A stretch of DNA of 64,000 nucleotides from Fistulifera solaris (lineage: Eukaryota): NCBI GenBank assembly GCA_030295235.1, contig AP026138.1:310001-374000 (forward strand), given 5' to 3'. The translations under genes and the position numbers were made by a program. Positions 1-11,600 of the stretch are shown here, piece by piece; the first letter of the stretch is position 1, and every line of letters begins with the position of its first letter. The notes under the pieces are model-generated. The model ran no database searches, was not told the origin of the DNA, and saw nothing but the letters and a program-made list of their open reading frames with translations.

Positions 1-1238
1 ACAAGAACCTCACTGGGTAAGACGAAAAGAACGGTGCCTTTCGCATTCTTACAGGTGTAAGTACTAAGAAGCGTCTTTCCCGAAGAGGTAGGAGCGCAAA
101 CGACAGCCGACTTGCGTTCATCAATGGCCTCCAAAACATTGCACTGCCAGTCTTCAAGCTGGAAACGACGATTATACTTGGAAAGAGGGGGGAAGACGAT
201 CGGGCATATCCGTGAGCTGGAACGAAATCAGACTTTCCTTGCCATTCATAATCTTGCGGGCGTACTTGAGAGAATCTTTGTAACTACCACGAGCGTCTCC
301 TCCGTCCTTGTAAAGACTCTTCAGAGTCTGCGCTTCATGGCTAAGCACCACCTTGGTGGGTTCCTTCGTGTCTTTTTCCTTCTTATCTTTCTTACTGCTC
401 TTCTTGGGATCCTTCTTGTCCTTCTTAGAATCTTTCTTATCTTGATCTTTGGCTTCTTTCTTGGCCGCCTTATCCAAATTGACTTCGTCATCGGCACTTT
501 TAAACGAAGGCATTTCTTCCAAGGCCCACAAGATATCCAAAATCTCCGCTTCACTGGAGTTAACGGATCCCTGCTGGTGATCACAGACCGCCAAATGCAA
601 CATCTTGATCATGCGATGAATCTTTCCCGACGTCGTCTCGCACTGCGTTTCCTGTAATGCCTTGAGTGTCTTGAGGTTGGATAGTTTTTGCAAATCACGT
701 TCCAAATCTTTCTTGTGTTTTTCCGCCGCATTGGACTCTTTGATGGACTCGGCGGCCGATTTCTTCTTTTCGACACCCTTCTTATTTCCCGCCTTTTTCT
801 TCAAATCTTCCTCAATCTTCTCTTCGGCGGGCACGGACCGACGGCGTTCCTTTTCTTCTTCCCATTTGCGGGCCGGATCGAAGATGGAGCCTTCCGGCGG
901 AGCCATATCACGAAGAATGATAGGAATCGAAGATCTTTGTTTGATGGTGGTAATCGCTTTGCGCGTTTCCTTATCGAATACCTAAAAGAAAGCATGGGTA
1001 AGTGAAACGTTGCGCTTTGAAGCGATATACGGAGCAACATTCGTTTTTGATTCTGACTCACCTTCGCGTATCCATCTCGATACATCAAAGACTGGCGATC
1101 AATAAAGAAAAGATCAAAGGTACGGATATTGAAAATGAGCTCCGCATCATCCACCGGGGCGGAGGAAGCCCCCGTGGTCACGGCATTTGCATTGTTGGCA
1201 TTCGTTTGCCTCTGATGAGGCTGAGGAACCAAGGACAT
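1..1238 (-). CDS. DDX60-like (Ski2-family DExD/H) RNA helicase, 5' part; continues beyond window start
   Basis: Exon1 1238-1062 (MSLVPQ...GYAK), GT-AG intron 1061-982, exon2 in frame with ORF 172..906. After removing one base in the G6 run at ~187-192 it reads FQLTDMPDRLPPLSKYNRRFQLEDWQCNVLEAIDERKSAVVCAPTSSGKTLLSTY: a Q-motif-like WQ plus Walker A APTSSGKT as in DDX60. Confidence 0.8.
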
Positions 1239-1711
1239 AAAACGTGGAACGGTTTTGTTTGTTTTCTGGTTTCTCAATGAAAGATATCGAAAGGCTTGAA
1301 TAGATTGTTGGTGAGTGCAGCTACAACTACAACAACAGCAATCCACGCGTTTGCTTCTCGATCAGATGTGATTGATCCACAAAATAGGCGGTCAACGGAA
1401 CATCTGCTGTTTTGCTGCGTTTCGCCTTCACACGATAACTCCCTCCACACGGACGGCGGAGGAACGAACGAAGTTTCAGCCTTCCAAAAAAGCGTTGTTG
1501 ATTGGCTCCTTCAACATGGCTACTGAAACGTGTCGCTGCGGTTTTGTATTCCCGCGGATGGACTTTCTGATGGATGGACAGACGATGCCATCGTTTCGTA
1601 TCTTTACGTGCCGCTCGCATCCACTCAAAAAAATAGCAATCGTTCATAAAAACGCATCGCAACATGACGGTGGCTGTCCTTACAAAATAAACTACTGCAT
1701 ATTATGGCAAT

Positions 1712-2497
1712 ATGAGTCAACCATGGCTTCGAAATCGCAATCATTTGTTCGCTTTATGCAACTTACGAACCGACGGGCGCAAAGCCAGCGAAATTCGTCG
1801 CATGCGTTTCCAAATGGGCGTCGTCGAGCAAGTCGCCGGAAGTGCCTTGGTGGAAATGGGTTTGACGGCCGTCTTGGCGACAGTGACGGGACCCACCGAA
1901 TGCCTGCGTCGGGCCGATGAACTTCCCGATCGCGCTGTCTTACAGGTACACTTTGCGGCGGCCCCATTTTGTACGGCCGATCGCAAGCACGTCCCGACGA
2001 ACGATCGACGATTCCTCGAAGCGGCGCGTCTCGTACAGCGGGCATTAGAAGCTTCTATTTTCTTGCATCTGTATCCGCGATCACTCATTCAAATTCATAT
2101 TACTATATTGTCCGAAGACGGCGGTCGTCTGTGTGCGGCAATCAATGCCGCGAGTTGTGCGGTCGTCCACGCCGGGCTCGCCGTCAAAGACATTGTCTGC
2201 GCGTGTGCCGCCGGAGGCGTCGATCCGGTCCTGATCGATTTGAATCGCCGGGAAGAAATAGATAACATTAACATGGCGTGTGCGATGCTGCCGCAGCGGG
2301 GTACGATTGTTCTTTCGCAGTGTGAGGCGCGATTGCCCTCGGTGGAAGCCCTCGATCGGGTGCTCGAAACCGCCATGGACGGGTGTCGAGCGGTATTTGC
2401 CGTCATGGAAGCAGCCATTCGAGAAAATGCGGCTTTGCAGTGGAGTTCGAAGCGCGGAAAGGCCATTGTGGCGTTGTCGGAAACAAACGTAGTTTGA
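1712..2497 (+). CDS. RRP41: Exosome complex component RRP41 (RNase PH-like)
   Basis: LRTDGRKASEIR, GSALVEMGLT, LYPRSLIQIHITILSEDGG..AAINAA motifs of Rrp41/EXOSC4. Exact start uncertain (1712 or ~1723). Confidence 0.9.
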   Translation: MSQPWLRNRNHLFALCNLRTDGRKASEIRRMRFQMGVVEQVAGSALVEMGLTAVLATVTGPTECLRRADELPDRAVLQVHFAAAPFCTADRKHVPTNDRRFLEAARLVQRALEASIFLHLYPRSLIQIHITILSEDGGRLCAAINAASCAVVHAGLAVKDIVCACAAGGVDPVLIDLNRREEIDNINMACAMLPQRGTIVLSQCEARLPSVEALDRVLETAMDGCRAVFAVMEAAIRENAALQWSSKRGKAIVALSETNVV

Positions 2498-3182
2498 GAG
2501 GTTTCTTCCGTTCATGCAATATCCGAGCTGTAACCATTCAGGTGAGATATCTTTGTGCGTGCGTATCGATATCCTACAGAATTTTCTATTCGTTTCCACC
2601 CAAAGCAAATGAGGAAAATCTATACTTTACTTTTCATATACCTCTGAAAATAAAAATCATTGAGGACACATCTTCCTGTGGTTCTGATGCTTCTGGGCAC
2701 TGTTTGGCAATGACGACAACTTTTTGCGTATACACTTGAGGTGCATATCGCACATTGCAAGCTTAATCTTTGAGATCGGCAGCCAAATCGTTATGAACAT
2801 GGATACGTAAGTTGCACGTCCAGCATGGATACTCACATTGTTTGTTTCTTATCTTGCTACAGATCTCATCGTCGCTGACTCAGAACTCGATGCGTCAAGC
2901 CTTTCGTGTCAAGCTATACCAGTTTAAAGGACAGTTCAGTTTACTATCGTCTTTCTGGCTGAACCGCTTTCCGAGGTCATTTCAAAGGCTTCAAAGTCGA
3001 TTTTGCGAGACTTTCGCAATCGCTTTCATGGACATAATGTATTTGTTGAACTCGTAGAACCAGAATCGAACGCTTTCGAGTTGGTTTGGCAGTTCACAAT
3101 AGCTAACTGTAACCAAAATGATAGCAATTCCTAATTATATTAGCCAAGGTGAATTTCCCTTGTATTAGCCTTCTTCTTCTGC

Positions 3183-3962
3183 CTACAGACCACTCGACAT
3201 GCGCAATGCCGCCGCTTCGAAATCACGTGCAGCAGTTTCTGTGGCGGGAGTATCAAAGAGCTGGGCGGCCACATCCGGACTAAAGGTAAATGTATCCAAT
3301 CCCGCCGCTGCTAACTCTACTAAAGTATCCGTCGACCTTAGGCTCGCGACAAGAATGCGCGTGTGTCCTTTCAATCCTTGCACCACTTGATGTGCATGGA
3401 TACAAGCTTGCGTTGCTTGTGTTGGAGACTGCCATTGATCCGCCAACCTTCCATGATACGGAGCCAAGTACTCGGCTCCCACTGTTGTCGCCAACAAGGC
3501 CTGTTTGGGCGGATCATACCCCACCGTGAGACACACACGACAGCCACTTTGAATGAGTTGCGATGCCACTTGCGTGCCCTCGAATGTGGTGGGCACTTTG
3601 ATGACGATCTTGTCACGGGACGGTGCCGACAATTCCATACCGCGCTGGTACATGGCTGCCACCGCATCTTCCGATATTCCGGCCCAGGTTTGTACCATAA
3701 TCTCATCGACGTGTTGGAGTGCGCGGTGACACAATGTGTGCAGGTGTGGTACGGTACAGGGTTGTTGCGCCCGCTCCAAGAGCAATGGGTTGGTAGTAAC
3801 ACCGGTAAAAATTCCCGTGGGAAGCCATTTGTCCCATTCGTTTGGATCGGCCGTGTCAAGGAAGAAACGCGCCTTGCCCCGCATCTCTGGAGTGAACGTG
3901 TGGACGTACTGCCACAACAAACAGATGGTTGTATAGAAAAGCGATCGCCTTTTCGCAGTCAT
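3183..3962 (-). CDS. Transaldolase-family protein (FSA/TalC type), probably plastid-targeted
   Basis: FFLDTAD, GVTTNP, catalytic VIKVP, YLAPYHGR, ILVASLR. Hydrophobic N-terminus followed by HTFTP. Confidence 0.85.
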   Translation of the reverse strand: MTAKRRSLFYTTICLLWQYVHTFTPEMRGKARFFLDTADPNEWDKWLPTGIFTGVTTNPLLLERAQQPCTVPHLHTLCHRALQHVDEIMVQTWAGISEDAVAAMYQRGMELSAPSRDKIVIKVPTTFEGTQVASQLIQSGCRVCLTVGYDPPKQALLATTVGAEYLAPYHGRLADQWQSPTQATQACIHAHQVVQGLKGHTRILVASLRSTDTLVELAAAGLDTFTFSPDVAAQLFDTPATETAARDFEAAALRMSSGL

Positions 3963-4386
3963 CTTTGCTTTCCCATCCAATGAATCGCTCTCTCTTTCTT
4001 TGCAATTAGGTTCTTGATGTTTTGTTCTATGCTTTTCGTTACTTTTATAGATTTCCATTGCCTCTCGACAAAAATAATGAGAGAGCGTCATTTTTGGATG
4101 CCGATGAAAAATATAAGTGCTAACCGTACAGTACTACTGTACGTACGTTGTAAATGAGACTTACCGGTATACGAGTTAGGGGTAGCACGTTTTGTACAAT
4201 GGAAAGAGCTGCGGAGACTCGCCTTTCGTGTACCTGGTACGGAGTTGCACAGCAACAAAAAAAGCGAGAGCCCTCACCATCATTTTTGTCATCGATGAAC
4301 CTTCGAAATCATCATCATCCGAACTGCAATCTAGATCTTGTTTTGCTATACGGCCTTCTGTTATCATCGCTTCAAGTCAGAGTAGT

Positions 4387-5478
4387 ATGGTACTCTACCA
4401 AGGCGGTTCAGCAATTCGTTATCATTCGTTTTCTCTCGTTTCCTGGTTTCTTTGCTCTTCGACGGCTCTTCTACGAGGCTTCGCTTTTTCAAAATCAACA
4501 ACTTGCCACCGCTTTACTACTCTTGCCAGCTCCATTGACCAAAACTATTCGAAAATGACATCGTGGGATCCAAAAACAGCATCCAAAGTCATTTTGCCCC
4601 TCTCCTCTAGCAATCACAAGGGATCTTCGGGACGCGTCGGAATTCTCGGAGGGAATGCTCGTTATACCGGAGCTCCGTATTATGTCGCCATGGCGTGCTT
4701 GAAAGCCGGAGCGGATTTAGCCTACGTCTTGACGGCCCAAGAAGCGGCCTTACCGATCAAATGCTATTCTCCCGAACTCATGGTGGAGGCCGTTTACGTG
4801 GCTTCCGAGTTTAATGACGCTCCGAATGCAAAAATCGAAGAGTTGAGCGATGCCATGGCCCAAAACGTCATTTCATCGATGGAGCGCTTACACTGTCTTG
4901 TCATTGGACCGGGATTGGGACGATGTCCCGTCGTGTTTCGTGCCGTGGCGAAAATTGTCGAACACGCGAAGCAACAACAGCTGCATCTCGTGTTCGATGC
5001 CGATGCGTTGTATATGCTATCACTCCCGGAATATCGAAATTCGTTGCGCGGTTACCATAATGCCGTTCTGACGCCGAATGTAGTAGAATACAAACGATTG
5101 TTTGAAAATGCCGACGAGGACGATAGTGCTTTTGATGCTGTCACGATCATTCAGAAAGGACAGCAAGATAGAATTATGCATGGAAAAGCTTCAATTATGG
5201 AATGCGCAGAAGAAGGGGGTTTGAAACGATCGGGAGGTATCGGTGATATATTAGCTGGAACGGTTGGTACCCTTGTGTCGTGGCACGCGATTTTGAAGGA
5301 GCGAGATGTGGCTGACGCGGAAGACTTGCCGCTGGCCTGCTGGACCGCCTGTTGTTTTGTGAGGCGGAGCACCAAGTATGCTTTTGAGAAACACCGACGC
5401 TCTATGACTGCACCCGATATTCTAAACGAACTAGGAAAAGCTATCGACGACATGACGGGAGGGGAGGAAGCATCTTGA
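4387..5478 (+). CDS. NAXD: ATP-dependent NAD(P)HX dehydratase (CARKD family)
   Basis: [50 protein letters not shown]-terminal targeting-like extension before a second ATG at 4555. Confidence 0.9.
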   Translation: MVLYQGGSAIRYHSFSLVSWFLCSSTALLRGFAFSKSTTCHRFTTLASSIDQNYSKMTSWDPKTASKVILPLSSSNHKGSSGRVGILGGNARYTGAPYYVAMACLKAGADLAYVLTAQEAALPIKCYSPELMVEAVYVASEFNDAPNAKIEELSDAMAQNVISSMERLHCLVIGPGLGRCPVVFRAVAKIVEHAKQQQLHLVFDADALYMLSLPEYRNSLRGYHNAVLTPNVVEYKRLFENADEDDSAFDAVTIIQKGQQDRIMHGKASIMECAEEGGLKRSGGIGDILAGTVGTLVSWHAILKERDVADAEDLPLACWTACCFVRRSTKYAFEKHRRSMTAPDILNELGKAIDDMTGGEEAS

Positions 5479-5537
5479 TGTATGAGCGGTGTAATAGACC
5501 CTTTATTCATTATAAATTATCACTTTTACTTAAAAAA

Positions 5538-6995
5538 TCAGCTGATATTGTCATCCAAAAACGACAACAGACGTCGAGAATACTTTTCGGGCGGAATGCA
5601 ACTGAATTCTTCATTCTCGTGTAACAGTGACTTGACTTTCCATTCTAGATACTTCATGTAGTTGAACGGCTGCAGAAAGTCAATGAGACCTAAATACAGC
5701 ACGATCGGTTCTCCTCCTTTCCGAGCACCGTGCAGGGTGGCGAATTTTCCACCATGTACTCCAACAGGTCCCTGCACCGCTGATAAAAACGCCCTTTTGA
5801 TCCTAGAACCAAATTGGGAGTGCTTTCTTCTATTCACTGGCTCGATACCAACTAACAAACTGTAGTCAATCACCGAACAATTTTGCAAAAGACTAACATC
5901 TTTACGGAGTTGATCCAACAGTGCTTTCCTAGTTTCGAGCTGGATCGAAATGTCTTCTTGTTCTAAGAAATTGATATCTTTCAACACAACATCTGGTCTC
6001 TGTATGCGCTCTTCTTCCGATACCTTGCGACCCACAGTCGAGCCTTTCAAATCATACCGTTCCTGGATAGATGCCTTGGACGGAAACACGGCATTCATAA
6101 TGACCAGAGTATGATGCGTCCCCTCGATACAAATATCGTACATGCCACAAAATCGTGTCAATAACGTCATTCGTCCATATTGTTTCATGAATTCGGTATA
6201 TTGTGGTAACATTTGTAAGAGGGTCGGGACTTCATCGGCTTTGATGGATTTGATCAAATAGCCACCGTCGGGTGAGAAAAAGAAAATCCCTCCCACCCGT
6301 GCGGCGCCTTTGGAATTGCTGGCAAAGGAAACAAAGGACCCATCTAGCAAGCTTTTGCGAAAGGCGGATTTGGAGATCCCAAATAATGACCGTAATTGCG
6401 CAAATTCGTTCGCGGCATAAGCTCGAATCTGGATGGGGGAAGGCACCAATGTTTGATTGTGCGCCGGTAATTCGATGCAGTAATCGGTGGATGCATTCGA
6501 CTGGTTGGTCGATCGAGACGGAGTGTTTTCATGAACGTCCTTTTTCGAATATTGCAAATGAATCGTCACCGCTCCCGGAGGTCTTTGTTCGTCCTGTGCA
6601 TCATATTGAAAATCGTGTGCGTCTTTGTGAAGTGGTTCCGTTTCATTCGCGTCTATAGAAGTCAAATTTGTCGCCTGGTGTTGTTGTTGCTGTAAAGATT
6701 CGGTAGATGGCGAACTCAAGAAAGAAGGATCCGGTTGCAGGGATAGACTGTATCCTGGTTGTTGAGCATCAACAGAATGACTCCTTATCACTCTCTGCAC
6801 TGGATATACTGTATATTGGTCTTGTTCTAAATCCAAAGTGACGGCTTCTCGAAACGCTCGTGTCACTTCCCACAAGTACGGTGATGTTTCGGGTCCAATG
6901 AGAGGACCCTCGAGCCGTGGTGGTTGTCGTTGGATGATACTTAGAATGAACTGCCCTAAAACAACGACACCGAGTGTGGTTTCGGTTCCTATCAT
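5538..6995 (-). CDS. Phosphatidylinositol phosphate kinase (PIP5K family)
   Basis: FFFSPDGGYLIKSI, MNAVF, YDLKGST, VLKDINF, IDYSLLVG, LGLIDFLQ, SCIPPEKYSRR. Confidence 0.9.
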   Translation of the reverse strand: MIGTETTLGVVVLGQFILSIIQRQPPRLEGPLIGPETSPYLWEVTRAFREAVTLDLEQDQYTVYPVQRVIRSHSVDAQQPGYSLSLQPDPSFLSSPSTESLQQQQHQATNLTSIDANETEPLHKDAHDFQYDAQDEQRPPGAVTIHLQYSKKDVHENTPSRSTNQSNASTDYCIELPAHNQTLVPSPIQIRAYAANEFAQLRSLFGISKSAFRKSLLDGSFVSFASNSKGAARVGGIFFFSPDGGYLIKSIKADEVPTLLQMLPQYTEFMKQYGRMTLLTRFCGMYDICIEGTHHTLVIMNAVFPSKASIQERYDLKGSTVGRKVSEEERIQRPDVVLKDINFLEQEDISIQLETRKALLDQLRKDVSLLQNCSVIDYSLLVGIEPVNRRKHSQFGSRIKRAFLSAVQGPVGVHGGKFATLHGARKGGEPIVLYLGLIDFLQPFNYMKYLEWKVKSLLHENEEFSCIPPEKYSRRLLSFLDDNIS

Positions 6996-7096
6996 GTTGG
7001 GAAATCTAAAAAAGAGATCGAAATCAATAATGATGGTGGCGGTTTGCGAGAAAATCCCATTGTCTTATTTGTTTCGTCGCGACAAGATGCGAATAT

Positions 7097-7542
7097 CCCA
7101 ACCTTCAAAAAAATTGTCGGGGTTCAGACAATTTTTGATTTGCGGTAAAACTCTAAATCAAAAATTGTATACCAGTTCGACAATTTTGTCACCGTCGTAG
7201 AATTTGTATGGCTTTGCTACGTGACACCGTTTTACAGAGTTTCTACGTGAAAGAGCCCGAAGATAAAAGTTGAAATTCCTCAAAAATTGATTTTGATACA
7301 AAACATACCATTGTATTCAGCATTTTCTAATGCATCTGACTGATAAATTCGATGTTTTGTTTAATCCATTATTTGATCAAAAACTGATGATTTACATTAT
7401 TTTCCAAAGGGTTAAGGCTATGCTGTAGTAGTATTTGCACGTGAGAAAAATTGTCTGGGTTCAGACAATTTTTTTGGATGTACTATTGTACTTAAAGCTA
7501 CAGAAAATTGTCTGAACCCCGACAATTTTTGAAAAGGTTGGG
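7097..7542. mobile_element. Non-autonomous DNA transposon (MITE), 446 bp, ~40-bp TIRs, ATAT target-site duplication
   Basis: Left end CCCAACCTTCAAAAAAATTGTCGGGGTTCAGACAATTTT; right end (reverse complement) CCCAACCTTTTCAAAAATTGTCGGGGTTCAGACAATTTT. ATAT at 7093-7096 and 7543-7546. AT-rich, no ORF. Confidence 0.85.
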
Positions 7543-7766
7543 ATATAATCATAGGCTCATTACTGTCTTATTACACGTGTAAGCTCTTGAGGCGTATAAT
7601 AGGACGACTTACAGACATCATTATTATCGTGATCCTTATTGCTCGCTCTGATCGTGACGGGTTCATTGCGGTGCAACATAACATTTTTTTTCTTCTTCGT
7701 GGCCTCTTTTTCTTTTGATGTATTGCTCTTCCTTTGATCTTCGGCCTTGCGAAACAAATCATTATC

Positions 7767-8502
7767 ATGACAAGTTTACGACAATTCTGTTTAGATGATC
7801 TCCTGCGCTTCAATGCAATCAACCTCGATGTTCTTACGGAAACGTACAACGGTACGTGTGAAACGAAGGAGGATTCGAAACGTCTCTTCCAATTAATTCT
7901 CAATATTTTTGTCAAAAGGCTCCTTTTACATGTCGTATTTGTCGAAATGGCCGGAATCGTTTGTCGGTACGTCATGCAGCTGCTGGTGAATGGAGCACTG
8001 CATTGTCTCACAGTTTCTTTTAAAGTGGCGGAAGCTCCGCAAGGACAGCTCATGGGCTACGTCTTGGGCAAGGTACGAGATAGGAAAGGAAATACAGCAT
8101 ATCAATCTTATTTCTCTTAACCTTTTGCTGTTCTCTACAAATTAGGCCGAAGGCGAGGACCATTTATGGCACGGCCATGTTTCGGCCGTCACGGTATCCC
8201 CCCAATATCGACGACTCGGTCTCGCCAAGACCTTGATGGATTCGTTCGAAAATTTATCGATCCATACGTACAATGCGTATTTTGTCGATCTCTTTGTTCG
8301 TGCCTCGAATCATTTGGCCATACAAATGTATCAGAATTTCGGCTATTCGACCTATCGGCGCGTCTTGGGGTATTATTCGGGGTACGGGGAGGAACCGTCC
8401 GAAGATGCTTTGGATATGCGCAAAGCGTTGCCACGGGATGTCGAGAAAGCGAGTATTGTTCCATTGGATCGGGCGGTGCGGCCGGAAGAGTTGGAGTGGT
8501 AA
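7767..8502 (+). CDS. NAA20: NatB N-terminal acetyltransferase catalytic subunit (4 exons)
   Basis: MTSLRQFCLDDLLRFNAINLDVLTETYN ... WHGHVSAVTVSPQYRRLGLA ... YFVDLFVRASN ... EDALDMRKALPRD; three GT-AG introns. Confidence 0.93.
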
Positions 8503-8620
8503 ACGACAGTAACAAAAACACTGCTATCCTTACTCTATTGTGCTGATTCTTTGTATTTGATCCAAGTGTGCGATAAACTTCTTTTGTAGTTTCTTGAGGT
8601 TCGAGAGCTAGTGTGAACGA

Positions 8621-11600
8621 TCAAAGATGAAACCGTAGCGTGTGGTTCGCGCCTTCGGGAACTGTCAGTCGCACCTTTTTCACTTTGTCTCCGTCTTGAA
8701 TCGAAGTCACAAAGCTATCACCGACGCTCAAGCCGTCGGGTATGGTCACCTCAAAGGGCCGTTTCTCGTTGTCAGAAGGGGCGCCTTTTCGTTTCACCCC
8801 GCTTCCCCTTTCTGCTTGACAGTTTTCTTCTTGGTGTGTAGGAAACCTCCCGAATGGGACGGAAATAGTTTTTGACATTTTCGGATCGCTTCTAAAAGGA
8901 TACTGGACGAAAACGTCTCGCCGTTCCAGTCGGCTGACTGTTCCGAATGCTGAGTATCTTTGTTTAGGCGTAAAAATGCCGTTGTCAGCGCTTTGACTAC
9001 TTCCTTCGCTCCGCTATTCTTATATCGCCAACTACTTCCTTTGGTCAGATCATCGACCTTACAATTCAAGCGCAAGTAACAAGCATATGCAAGCTGCAGG
9101 AGGTCCTCGTTGGAAGCTGCACCATCACGGCCCGGTGGCTTTTTCAACTCGTTCAGAATCGTAATGGCCAGGGCGCGGTTCGTTTCGCGTTTAATAGCCG
9201 TCAAGAAATGATGCGAGGATAAGGCCTGGGGTTTGACTAAAAGGCAGTCATGAGTATGTGATTTCTTCAGCTTGTCGGCATCGCTGCTCGCGCTGGCGGA
9301 GAAGTAAGAAGGCAAATCACGTTTACAGGAATACACCCATTTCAAGAAAGTTTCGAGTTCGGAACGGCAATCACAGAGACAAAGACTTTCGACGTAGGCG
9401 CTTGTATACTTTCCGCGCAAGCTGTCGTACTTGCGAATACTCGAATTCAATGCCGAGAAAGCAGATTCTGAAGAATCGCGAGTAACCCATACCGCACAGA
9501 GTTGTTGCCTTTTCTTTTCAAAAAGACTAGACATTACCATAAATCCACTGTATGCGGCATTCGTCAGATAGTTCAGACCTCTTAGTCGGCTAGCTTTGGC
9601 GGCTGGCACTGTTCCCAGACTTCCACTCGATCGTTGACCCACAGGATCATGGAGAACAGGGGCCCACATGAGTGCCTGAGCATGTCTGTAAACTGATCGA
9701 TGAAAGTAAGGGAAATCGTGCCTAAATTGTGCCATTGCTGTTACAATGTCAACAAGAACATTCCAGACCCGATCGCGGACATTGAGCTGAGGGTCGAAAT
9801 CTGGTTCCTTCGCATACCAAAAGCGCTCCACTATTCGTAGCGCTTCTTGTTCCGCTCGATTTCTCAAGTCTTCATGCGTTTTTAGTGCCCGAATCAAGCA
9901 TTTCAAGCGAGAAGCGTGCAAACGATACACCGATTCTGTGGAACCATGAGAGCTACCACCGCTTCCTTCCACGACTAATTCATTCGACGACTCGAGTGCT
10001 TTTGCCTCTATAATTGATTCATTGTAGGCTTCGAGTGCCTTTGATAAGTGATCCTCATATTTTCTCGCTCTTGAGCTGTCATTTGGGTATTCTTCACTCC
10101 AAAAAGTGCTGGCTATCTTCTCATGACACTGAGAGTAGCGGAAGGTTAATAACAATCGATTTACAACGACGCGGCACGTTTAGTTACTCACCTTTCCCAT
10201 CATGAGCTTCAAATCCCAGCTCGTTCGCAGTACTTCCTCATTTGAGGAGGCTGTTTCTATTGACCTCTCAAAGCACGCCAATGACGATTCAGCCATCTGC
10301 CGTTTGCTGGAGGGTGTCAATGGGCGCATTGGGTAACCATAGAGTTGAGAAGCCATGAGATCCGTGTAAAAGAATATGCCCAGAGATTCCATGATCTCGG
10401 AAAGTTCAATCTGTAGATCCACATCAGCTCTTCTTTTTATGTAACGTATAAATGGCAAGCTGTGCGCAACGAGATGCGATATTCCTAAGGGCGGAAACAA
10501 AGAGCCCTCCCCAAGCATGTTGCCATGCATCATGATCAGAATTCAGCCGAAGATGTTCAATCTCGCTCCAGACTTGAAGATCAAATGGCGGAGCTTCGTC
10601 GTTCTTTCTTAGTTGCATGAAGTTCTCTCGGTATCCAGACAAAACGGCTTCAGACAAAAGCTTAAGGGACTCTAAAGATGACCACGTAAAACTCACATAA
10701 ACAGATAAATCAGTTCCCAAGCACTGAAGCCAGCCCTGTTCGGCCAACGAATCTTCACGGCTTTGTTCTTCAAGCAACTGTCCAAATGACAATTTCCTCT
10801 CCCGGTCAAATTTCGATGCGGACGGCGTAAAATCGCTAAGTCTTCCGAAACCCTTTGTCAACCCAATTCTATCTGCAATGGTATCGGCTTTCACGAGCAG
10901 GCATTGCGCCGCGGCAAACCATGAATCAAAATCACTTGCTTGTCCAAGACACAATCCATCGAAAAGTGCATAGAACTTCTTTGCATTTTCTTCTTCCATT
11001 TGGATAGCAACTAGCCGACGATCTTCATCGGCGCCAACTTCATAATTTGGTGAAATGTTACTTTGAGCTAAAAGATTTGAAGCACCTCGGCGTACTTTTG
11101 TCATCTCGTCTTCTTGACCCGTTTCCCCTTCCGCTCTACCTACATCAATCCACCTTTCAATGTGTCTAAAGTGAGCGCTGAAGTCTTCAGGTTGCTTGAT
11201 AAAAGTACACCACTCACTTGCTGCCAACCACGGACCATCCTTGGAGAATAGGAATTTGCGAAAATCCATGGCCTTTGTCGTGTCAGCAGCAGGTGGTAAC
11301 ACTGCGAGGATGGCTTCAAGAGCACATTTTGGTGGGCTTCGCCGTCCTTGGGAATACGTTCTCAATACGCAGCGATAGAGAGAAGCTGCTGCGTTGGCAC
11401 TCTCAGGTAGATTACATCGATTCTTGTCGTTGACAAGAGCAGGACCGCATTGGGCGTCTTTATTTTCATGGCTTAGCGAGAATCCATACAGACTCCGGTA
11501 CGCTTTGTGAAGCAAAGAATCAAGAAGCTGACCAGTGGATCTTATACCTGGAGGATATTGTGACCACACAGACGGAATTTTCTCTTCCTCGGCAAAATGA

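Noticed and set aside
7097..7542. CRISPR-like array of palindromic repeats
   Set aside because: The copies are inverted and irregularly spaced, are bounded by a TSD, and no cas genes are present. It is a MITE.
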